This document shows positions 1-6,748 of a stretch of 21,544 bases of DNA, piece after piece (the first letter of the stretch is position 1; every line of letters begins with the position of its first letter). Source of the stretch: Gemmatimonadota bacterium (GTDB lineage Bacteria; Gemmatimonadota; Gemmatimonadetes; Longimicrobiales; RSA9); the NCBI GenBank assembly GCA_040905425.1, contig JBBDRO010000056.1, positions 1 through 21,544 of the forward strand. Direction: 5' to 3'. The position numbers were made by a program, and so were the translations under genes. The notes beneath the pieces are model-generated. The model was not told where the DNA came from. It saw only the letters and a program-made list of their open reading frames with translations, and ran no database searches.

Positions 1-59
1 TCCAAACCGCGTGGTTGCAATAGCTTAGCTCTGTTTCTACGCATGGAACTTGGGCTTAG
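1..59. mobile_element. Possible terminus of an insertion sequence lying left of the window (IS1380-like end, tentative)
   Basis: AT-richer stretch. The minus strand reads CTAAG|CCCAAGTTCCATG, resembling the CC(C/T)-starting ends I recall for IS1380-family elements. An IHF-like TTGCAATAGCTTA lies at 15-27. It abuts the transposase fragment at 62. Only one end is visible. Confidence 0.25.
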
Positions 60-61
60 AT

Positions 62-172
62 GAGGCCACCCATCTCATAAGCGATGACGCCCCTCACCTC
101 CAGCGGCTCCTCCAGCGCCGCATCCTCCGCCTCTTCCAGCGCCGCGGCCTGCTTGAGCCCGCCACCGTCGAG
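62..172 (+). pseudogene. IS91/ISCR-family (Y2 rolling-circle) transposase fragment
   Basis: The frame from 62 (not in the ORF track) reads EATHLISDDAPHLQRLLQRRILRLFQRRGLLEPATVE. This matches the recalled 'FHEAT.L...D...Q..V..RVLR.F.RRGLL' segment of ISCR-type transposases. It has no start and loses similarity after 172. Confidence 0.6.
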
Positions 173-321
173 TCGCCGGGCAAGCTACCGCCCCGCGTCT
201 GACCCGTCCCACCCCCCGACCCCGCGCCGCACCACGCCGTGCCCCGATCCGCCATGGCGCATGGCCCACGCTCGCAGCTTCGCTCCATGGCCAACAGTAC
301 GCTTGTCTCAGCCGAAGGGCC

Positions 322-370
322 TGACCTACCTTGGGTCAACGTCGCAAAGGCGGGTTGAAATTACTATCCC
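322..370 (+). mobile_element. oriIS-like end of an IS91/ISCR element
   Basis: GCGGGTTGAAATTACTATCCC (350-370) resembles the recalled ISCR oriIS terminus (G.G.TTGAA.TTCCTAT.CC). It is preceded by the inverted repeat TGACC-N7-GGTCA (322-338) and lies 3' of the transposase fragment, as oriIS does. GTTC follows at 373-376. Confidence 0.5.
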
Positions 371-412
371 ACGTTCACGCCCCGACGCCGGCCCCCGTAC
401 CGTGAGGTCGCC

Positions 413-1132
413 ATGCCCCACCGCCGCCGCATCCTCCACCGGCTCGCCAACCCTGGCCTCGTCGTGGTAGCGCTCTGGCAGGCGCCGGTGGAGGTGGACC
501 CGGGGCCGGGCCTCCTCCGCGTGCTGATGGCCGGCGGGAGCGACGAGGTCCACATCTACCCCGGGTGCGAAGGGAACCCCCCGCGGAGCCGCAGCCAAGT
601 GAGGTACCGGGCCGTCGGGGTGGAGGTGGAGACCCGGGCCAGTGAGCGAGTCCATGTTGCCGGGATGGCGGGTGCACAGCACTCCGCCGCGCCCGGGTGG
701 GACGCCGCCGTGCTCGGCGGTCGCGTAATGTGGGAGGGAGGCGCCGTGGGGGCGGGGGTCGGATTCGTGGTGCGCCCGCCCGGCGGCGACGGGAACGGCG
801 GCGTCAGCAACGACCGCTTACTGCCGTCCTTCTACCTCCGCGCCGGTCCACTGAACCGCCTCCACGTGCGCGCCGAGTTCTTCCGCCCCACGCTCCTGGC
901 GGGGCAGGAGGTGGCCCGCCTGGCGATGGCCTACAACAACGGCGGCGGTACCGGTGCCTCGATGAGCGTGGGCATCGCCTCCTACGGCGCCCAGGAGCCG
1001 AGCGGCGCCCTCACGGCCGAGGTGGACTTGCCGGTGAGCACCCGGGCGGGGATCGGCGCGCGCGGCCACCTGGGCACGGGAGACCTGGGGGACCGGGGCG
1101 CCCTCACGGGCTTCGTGCGCTGGAACTGGTGA
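413..1132 (+). CDS. Hypothetical exported protein, beta-strand rich (possible outer-membrane beta-barrel)
   Basis: GAGGT RBS at 404-408. Basic N-terminus followed by a short hydrophobic stretch. Alternating Gly-rich amphipathic strands. C-terminal ...LTGFVRWNW with a terminal aromatic residue. Confidence 0.65.
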   Translation: MPHRRRILHRLANPGLVVVALWQAPVEVDPGPGLLRVLMAGGSDEVHIYPGCEGNPPRSRSQVRYRAVGVEVETRASERVHVAGMAGAQHSAAPGWDAAVLGGRVMWEGGAVGAGVGFVVRPPGGDGNGGVSNDRLLPSFYLRAGPLNRLHVRAEFFRPTLLAGQEVARLAMAYNNGGGTGASMSVGIASYGAQEPSGALTAEVDLPVSTRAGIGARGHLGTGDLGDRGALTGFVRWNW

Positions 1133-1175
1133 GCCGCGGGTCCGATCGGCTCAGGCGGCGCTGCTAGGCAGCGCC

Positions 1176-1223
1176 CACCGCTTCGGCGAGGCCACCCATC
1201 TCACAGGCGACGACGCCCATCAA
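1176..1223 (+). pseudogene. Second IS91/ISCR transposase micro-fragment (31-nt direct repeat of 62-92)
   Basis: 1188-1218 GAGGCCACCCATCTCACAGGCGACGACGCCC matches 62-92 GAGGCCACCCATCTCATAAGCGATGACGCCC at 28/31. Translates HRFGEATHLTGDDAHQ. Confidence 0.55.
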
Positions 1224-1323
1224 TCCAAATGGCCAGGCTCGGCCTCCCGCCGGTCGCTCGCCAGATTCGGCCGTGTAACCATGCACATTCGCGGCTCGCA
1301 CTTCCCACCGGCGTGCAGCCGCA

Positions 1324-2430
1324 TCAGTCTCGAGGCTTGCCGCCGGCCGGACCGATGCGCTCCCCGCGCACCGGCTCACCGCGGCTTACGAAAATGCTGT
1401 CCGCCAGGTAGTCGTTGAACTGGGTCGGCAGCCCTTCACCGCGGCCGAACAGCGCTGTGTTCTGCATGTGATAGTGGAGATGCGGCTCGCTCGAGCGGCC
1501 GCTGTTGCCGCATTCGCCGAGCACCGTTCCGGCGCTGACTCGCTCGCCTGGGCTCACACGCAGCGAGCCGTTTCGGAAATGCGCGAGGAAGGAATATTCG
1601 TCGCGCCCGTGATCGATGACGGTGTGGTTGCCCAGCGGTGCCTCATTGTTCATCTCACCGGGTATATTGTCCGGAATGCCGTCAACGGCCGTTGCGACAA
1701 CGCCCGCACCAGGCGCAACGATAATCCGGCCGAAGCAAAAATAGTCTTCATTCGTGCCGTCCACGCCGCCGTAGCTGCTGCGGCCGTCCTCCACGACCAG
1801 TAGGTCGTAGGCGAAACGCTGATCGGCGTGCGCGGCATGATAGTTTTCCTCGACCGTGCGACCGCCCCAGACCACGGTAAACTCATCCTCGAAGGGAAGC
1901 CGGAGCGGCGTGCGTGTGCGGTAGTCGAGGAAGTTAGATCGTGCCGCCTGCTGCGCGGCTTCCTCGGGACGGATGTAAAAGCCCGCCACGCGGTCGTCGG
2001 CATCAAACGCCCATACCACCGCGATGGCTGCATCGATCTTGTCGAAACGGGCCGAACGATGATACACCCGGTGCACGCCGGATGTCGTCACACGCTCGTC
2101 GAGCACTTCGACCTCGGCTCCGAGCTGGCCGAACACCTGCGAACGGAACGCCGTGAGTTCCGCAGCGCCGCCGAGTGCGGTGCGCATCTCATCGTCGAGA
2201 GCGCCCGCCACAGATTCAACGTTGCCGTCGAAAAAGTGCTGTGTCAGCGAACGCCCGAGTTCCAGAGCGGCGGAGTCCGCAACCTGCGCACTCACGCCGG
2301 ACGGTACCGCGAGTAGCAGCAGCGCCGCGGGCAATGCGCAGCTTCTGCTCAACCGCACGAACGCAGCATTCCGCAGCAGGCCGGCCGCCATCCGATGCAG
2401 TAGTGCCCGTCGATCATCGTTCCTGTGCAT
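1324..2430 (-). CDS. Secreted M23-family metallopeptidase with an N-terminal DUF3887-like domain
   Basis: Signal-like ALPAALLLLAVPSGVSAQ. Middle domain ends VWAFDADDRVAGFYIRP. M23 motifs NYH...QRFAYD, GNHTVIDHG..EYSFLAHF, CGNSGRSSEPHLHYHMQ. ATG 2430 has a GAGGGG RBS; alternative start 2448 overlaps the upstream stop. Confidence 0.9.
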   Translation of the reverse strand: MHRNDDRRALLHRMAAGLLRNAAFVRLSRSCALPAALLLLAVPSGVSAQVADSAALELGRSLTQHFFDGNVESVAGALDDEMRTALGGAAELTAFRSQVFGQLGAEVEVLDERVTTSGVHRVYHRSARFDKIDAAIAVVWAFDADDRVAGFYIRPEEAAQQAARSNFLDYRTRTPLRLPFEDEFTVVWGGRTVEENYHAAHADQRFAYDLLVVEDGRSSYGGVDGTNEDYFCFGRIIVAPGAGVVATAVDGIPDNIPGEMNNEAPLGNHTVIDHGRDEYSFLAHFRNGSLRVSPGERVSAGTVLGECGNSGRSSEPHLHYHMQNTALFGRGEGLPTQFNDYLADSIFVSRGEPVRGERIGPAGGKPRD

Positions 2431-2440
2431 GGTGGGCCCC

Positions 2441-2761
2441 TCATTCATTGTTCAGATTCATCGTGGCACGCACGGTCGCGCGGTAGTTGACGAGCGCAGC
2501 GCGGCCGCTCGCCGTGAGGCGATAGCTTGTGACAGGCGTGCGCGCTCGAAACGCCTTGTGCACGGTGATGTAGCCGGCGGCTTCCAGTTTCGTGGCATGG
2601 CCCGACAGATTGCCGCGCGTCAGACCCGTTACCTTCTCCAGGAAGCGAAACTCCACCTCCTCCGCCGCTGCCAGCACCGTCAGTATCGCAAGCCGCGCCG
2701 GCTCGTGAACCACACGGTCCAGCTCCAGGAAGCCGCGCACATCCGGAGGCTGCTGCGTCAT
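2441..2761 (-). CDS. Winged-helix transcriptional regulator (HTH_34/MarR-ArsR-like)
   Basis: MTQQPPDVRGFLELDRVVHEPARLAILTVL...EFRFL...GLTRGNLSGHATKLEAAGYI.V.K.F....P.T.YRLT..GR.AL..Y. ATGA overlap with the upstream gene at 2758-2761. Confidence 0.9.
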   Translation of the reverse strand: MTQQPPDVRGFLELDRVVHEPARLAILTVLAAAEEVEFRFLEKVTGLTRGNLSGHATKLEAAGYITVHKAFRARTPVTSYRLTASGRAALVNYRATVRATMNLNNE

Positions 2762-3406
2762 GCGCCGAGGCGCGCGAGATCGCGCTCGAGGGCCCGGAAG
2801 TCGAGATGCTGCTTCACGCCGATCGCCATCAGCACCACCCCCGCAATCGGCGCCTGGACCTGCTCCCACAGACTGTAGTGCTCTCCCACGAACATGAGCG
2901 CTGCCTGCGCCACCAGAAATACACCCACCACGAACTCCAGCGGCGTGCGCATGAAGTACCACACCAGCAGCGGCATCACCCCGACGTATGCCAGATAGCC
3001 AAGCACCCCGGGGTGGTTGGCGAGTGTGCGCCCGCGCGTTGCCAGCCCGAACAGAATCACCGCGACGATGCCCGCACTCAGCACGGCGGTAGCGATCGTA
3101 AAGCCGAGATGCCAGCGTCGCTCCGCGGCTGTCTGCACCTGGCCCACCCGGCCGAAACGCTGATAGTAGTGCAGTCGCAACATCTCCTTGGAACCGATCC
3201 AGACCAGCGGCAGCAGTGCCAGACCGAGCCGAACCGCCAGCGAATGCGGCGCGGCCAGGGCGCCCACGAAATACGCGAACACCGCGAAGCCGCCGCCGAT
3301 GACGCTGGCGACCGGCCGCACTCAGCGAGAAGCGTGCGTAGCGGCGCGTCAGGCTGGCGAGCTCGTCGCTTGCCGTGGGGTGGCGGTCAGGTGATGGATT
3401 CGGCAT
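2758..3406 (-). pseudogene. Multi-pass membrane protein with an apparent frameshift near 3311-3314
   Basis: ATG 3406 gives MPNPS...LASLTRRYARFSLSAAG. The hydrophobic body (ASVIGGGFAVFAYFVGAL..., about 6-7 TM segments) continues in another frame to the stop at 2758. Could be a sequencing error. Confidence 0.7.
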
Positions 3407-3420
3407 GGTCGCGTCCGTGT

Positions 3421-3469
3421 GTTTGCACATCGGTCAGGTGATTATCACAGACATGTTAGCAGCGCAAAC
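3421..3469 (-). promoter_or_regulatory. Putative promoter/operator of the membrane protein-wHTH-M23 operon
   Basis: Minus strand TTGCGC (3467-3462) and TGnGATAAT (3449-3441). Imperfect palindrome GTTAGC-AGC-GCAAAC at 3455-3469 and a second GTTTGC half-site at 3421-3426. Confidence 0.45.
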
Positions 3470-3596
3470 CTGAGCGGTCAACCCCGCAGCTCCGATTGTG
3501 CGCGTGGTGGTGCGCCGGATTCCACTGGATCTGCGCACGGCCGTTGCGCCGACCTGCGCGCTGCCCCTTGCCCCGCGCGCTGCCAGTCCCCACCTT

Positions 3597-3624
3597 TTGC
3601 CTAAGCCGCTTATAGTAAGCTGCT
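3597..3624 (+). promoter_or_regulatory. Putative -10 box and palindromic operator upstream of permease 1
   Basis: TATAGT at 3611-3616 inside overlapping inverted repeats TAAG-ccg-CTTA (3602-3612) and AGCcGCTTA-tag-TAAGCtGCT (3604-3624). GGAG RBS at 3645-3648. Confidence 0.45.
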
Positions 3625-3656
3625 GATGGAACAGGATCGTCAGCGGAGCTCCCCGC

Positions 3657-6323
3657 ATGGCCCACGAAGAACGTGACCGCACACCCGGCTTCCTGGGGCG
3701 TCTGCTCCGTTCCCGGGAACAGCTCAACGCGGACATCGACCACGAACTCCGCTTTCACGTCAAGGAGGTCGAGGAAGATCTCGTAGCGGCGGGAGCGAGC
3801 CCCATGGAAGCACGGCGGGAGGCGCTCCGCCGCTTCGGGGATCCGGCCGCCGTGGAAGCCCGCCTCAGACTCATCGGCGAGGAGCGCCTCGCGCGCGAGC
3901 AGAAGCGCGAGCGGCTCCGCTTCTCCTCCCTGGACTTCAGGCTGGGGCTGCGCATGCTGGCGCGCTACCCGGGGCTCACCCTGGTGGGGGGGCTGGCCAT
4001 GGCGTTCGCCATCGGGCTGGGGGCCGCGGGGTTCGAGGCCGTGCAGCAGGTGGTGAGCCCGCGTCTGCCCTTCCCGGAGGCGGAGCGTCTGGTGGCGCTG
4101 GGGCTGCACGACGTGAGGGGCGGACGCGGCGTGAATCCACGGATGCGGACCCTGGATCTCTGGCGGGAGGAGCTGGAGTTCGTGGTTGAGTTGGGAGGCT
4201 ACACCACCGTCGAGCGGAACCTCGTGACGGGGGACGGGCAGGGGGCGCCCATCCCGGTGGCGGAGATCAGCGCCGCGGCTTTCCGCCTCACGGGGGTCCC
4301 GCCCCTGCTGGGACGGACCCTCCTGCCCGCTGACGAGGCACCCGGTGCGCCGTCCGTGCTGCTGCTGGGCCACGGGCTGTGGCAGACCCGCTTCGGGGGC
4401 GATGCGGGCGTGCTCGGTCAGACGGTTCGTCTGGGGCGCGAGGCCACCACGATAATCGGCGTGATGCCGGAGGACTTTGCCTTTCCCTTCGCGCACAGCG
4501 CGTGGGCGCCCCTTCCTGACGGCCCTGACGGCGATCCTGAGCGGGAAGTGGCCGTCTTCGGCATGCTGGCCGCCGGCGCCACCAGAGACCAGGCGCAGGT
4601 GGAGGTGGACCGCATCGGTGCCGGGACGTTCCTGGACGGGGATGGCGATCCGCTGGAGGTCCGCGCCTTCGTGGGCCCCTACGCCGGCATGAGTCTGAAC
4701 ATCTCCTGCGGGGTGGGATGGACGCGCTGCCTCCAGTACGTGCGGGCGGCAATGTACTCGAGCAACCTGCTCTTCCTGGCCTTCCTCGGCCTCGTCTGCG
4801 TGAACGTGGCGCTCCTCATGTTCGCGCGGGCCGCTGCCCGGGAGAGCGAGATCATCGTGCGCAGCGCGCTGGGCGCCACCCGCGCCCGGGTGATCACGCA
4901 GCTGGTGGCCGAGGCGCTCGTGCTGGCGGGGGTGGCGGCGGTGCTGGGTGTGGCGGCTGCCGCGGCGGGGCTGAAAGTGGCCGTCCGCCTGCTGGACGAT
5001 CTCGGTCAGATTCCCTTCTGGTGGAACGGGCATCTCTCCTGGCCCAGCGTGGCGTGGGCCGTGGGGCTGGCGCTGGTGGGGGCCACCATTGCCGGCGCCC
5101 TGCCGGGTTTCAAGATCACCGCCGGGCGCGGCGACCGCATGCGCCAGGTGGGCGCCGGGGGAGGAGGCCTCCGCTTCGGCGGGATCTGGACGGGCGCCAT
5201 GGTCCTCCAGGTGGCGCTCACCGTGATCGTGGTGGCCTTCACCGTCTACACCATACAGCTGACCACGCGCATGGCACGCTTCGACCTGGGCGTGGCGGGT
5301 AGCGGCATCGTGGCGGCGACCATCGGCGGGGAGGACGGGCTCGCCGAAACCACTCGCCTGGAACTGCGGCGCAGGCTGCACGCCCTTCCGGACGTCACCG
5401 GCGTCACCTTCGCCAGCCAGGTGCCGGGGGAGTACCACGACCGCTGGCTGGTGGAGGTGGAGGGCGCGGACGCCCCCCCCCGTGGTGTGCAAGGGGCTTT
5501 CGTGGACCCGGACTTTTTCGCGGCACTGGAGCTGCCGATTCTCTCGGGCCGGGCCTTCGATTCAGGCGACGCGTCCGCGGAGGGCCGCGCGCTGATCGCG
5601 AACGAGGCGTTCGTGGAACGCGTGCTGGGGGGACGGAATGCCCTGGGAAGACGGGTCCGGTTCCTGGTCTCGGAGAACCCGGCCGAGGACGCGTGGGGCC
5701 CCTGGTTCGAGATCGTGGGCGTGAGCCGGCAGGCGGCCATGGGCGTGGATCCCGAACTGAGCCCCGCCGGGCTGTACCGGCCGCTCGTGCCCGGCAACGT
5801 GGGTCGTCCCAAGCTGCTCGTGCGTGTCCGCTCCGACGCCGCCGCCTTCGCTCCGGAGGTGCGCCGCGTCGTGACCGCGGTGGATCCCACGCTGCGTCTC
5901 CGTGAGGTCCAGCGCCTGGAGGCGTGGCGCGACGCGGAAGCGGCCTGGTATGGAGTCCTGGCCAGGCTGCTGCTCGGCGCGAGCGCGCTGGTGCTGGCGC
6001 TTTCCCTGGCGGGCATCTATGCGGTGCTGGCCTTCACGGTGGCGCGCCGTACGCGGGAGATCGGCATCCGTCTGGCCCTCGGCGCCGGCCGGCGGACACT
6101 GGTGGTGGGCCTCTTCCGGAGGCCCATGCTGCAGGCGGCCGCCGGCGTGGTCCTGGGGGTGGGCTTCCTGGTGGCCATGAGCGACGGCATCACCCCGCGC
6201 GTCGGTCTCATCGTACTGGCCTTCACGCTCTTCATGTTCGGCGTGTGCGCCCTGGCGTGCATCGTCCCGGCGCGGCGGGCGCTCCGCGTGGAGCCCACGG
6301 AGGCGCTGCGGGCGGAGTCGTAG
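3657..6323 (+). CDS. Duplicated MacB/FtsX-type ABC permease (ADOP-like) no. 1, with N-terminal prefix domain
   Basis: 888 aa. Prefix ..DHELRFHV..LVAAGAS..EARREALRRFGD. Two TM/periplasmic/FtsX repeats with ARESEIIVRSALGA and RRTREIGIRLALGA. C-terminal PARRALRVEPTEALRAE. Confidence 0.93.
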   Translation: MAHEERDRTPGFLGRLLRSREQLNADIDHELRFHVKEVEEDLVAAGASPMEARREALRRFGDPAAVEARLRLIGEERLAREQKRERLRFSSLDFRLGLRMLARYPGLTLVGGLAMAFAIGLGAAGFEAVQQVVSPRLPFPEAERLVALGLHDVRGGRGVNPRMRTLDLWREELEFVVELGGYTTVERNLVTGDGQGAPIPVAEISAAAFRLTGVPPLLGRTLLPADEAPGAPSVLLLGHGLWQTRFGGDAGVLGQTVRLGREATTIIGVMPEDFAFPFAHSAWAPLPDGPDGDPEREVAVFGMLAAGATRDQAQVEVDRIGAGTFLDGDGDPLEVRAFVGPYAGMSLNISCGVGWTRCLQYVRAAMYSSNLLFLAFLGLVCVNVALLMFARAAARESEIIVRSALGATRARVITQLVAEALVLAGVAAVLGVAAAAAGLKVAVRLLDDLGQIPFWWNGHLSWPSVAWAVGLALVGATIAGALPGFKITAGRGDRMRQVGAGGGGLRFGGIWTGAMVLQVALTVIVVAFTVYTIQLTTRMARFDLGVAGSGIVAATIGGEDGLAETTRLELRRRLHALPDVTGVTFASQVPGEYHDRWLVEVEGADAPPRGVQGAFVDPDFFAALELPILSGRAFDSGDASAEGRALIANEAFVERVLGGRNALGRRVRFLVSENPAEDAWGPWFEIVGVSRQAAMGVDPELSPAGLYRPLVPGNVGRPKLLVRVRSDAAAFAPEVRRVVTAVDPTLRLREVQRLEAWRDAEAAWYGVLARLLLGASALVLALSLAGIYAVLAFTVARRTREIGIRLALGAGRRTLVVGLFRRPMLQAAAGVVLGVGFLVAMSDGITPRVGLIVLAFTLFMFGVCALACIVPARRALRVEPTEALRAES

Positions 6324-6406
6324 GTGGTGAGCCCCGCACGGCAGAGGGCGGGGGACCGCCGCGGCCACGTCGCTTACAGCATTCCCTGTTCTTGGACGGA
6401 GACACC

Positions 6407-6748
6407 ATGGCGCGCATCGTAGCCGATTCCCTCTACGGCACCCTGAACCTGCTCATCCTGAAGGCGCTGGATGACGGGCAGCTGCACGGGCTGCAGGTGG
6501 CGCGGCGCATCCAGGGTGCGAGCCGGGATGTGCTGGGGGTGGAGGAGGGCGCCCTCTACCCTGCGCTGCACCGGTTGGAGCGGGACGGGCTGCTGCGCGG
6601 CACGTGGGGTGTCTCCGACAAGGGCAGGCGGGCCAAGTTCTATGAACTCACGGCGGCCGGGCGCAAACACCTGCGGCGGGAGGTGGAGCGCTGGACGCGC
6701 CACACGCAGGCAGTGGCGCAGGTGCTGGCGCTGGGGGAGGCAAGGTGA
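6407..6748 (+). CDS. PadR-family transcriptional regulator (acidobacterial 'GTL.LLIL' subtype)
   Basis: GGAGA RBS. LYGTLNLLILKAL..GQLHG...VEEGALYPALHRLE..G..W..SDKGRRAKFYELT..GR. GTGA overlap with the next gene. Confidence 0.95.
   Translation: MARIVADSLYGTLNLLILKALDDGQLHGLQVARRIQGASRDVLGVEEGALYPALHRLERDGLLRGTWGVSDKGRRAKFYELTAAGRKHLRREVERWTRHTQAVAQVLALGEAR

Noticed and set aside
310..370. Hairpins upstream of the 413 gene as a riboswitch or hammerhead ribozyme
   Set aside because: No c-di-GMP or hammerhead core (CUGANGA) consensus. Better explained as oriIS subterminal repeats.
84..470. 128-aa Ser/Pro-rich ORF
   Set aside because: Out-of-frame reading across the transposase remnant and oriIS-like end. 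No protein-like features.
1133..1323. Integron attC site between the convergent genes
   Set aside because: No RYYYAAC...GTTRRRY boxes with an extended inverted repeat, and no integrase in the window.
3456..5492. 678-aa minus-strand ORF and other long antisense or alternate-frame ORFs (e.g. 6640-7734, 8308-9489, 10306-11187, 11139-12080, 16140-17177)
   Set aside because: Shadow ORFs of GC-rich permease genes. Low-complexity Arg/Pro/Ala/His-rich sequence with no recognisable motifs.
5924..6406. Long N-terminal extensions of the PadR ORFs in the track (starts 5924, 9440, 14216, 18409) and of the propeller ORF (14421)
   Set aside because: Downstream starts have clear RBSs and give family-typical lengths. 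The extensions overlap neighbouring genes or promoters.
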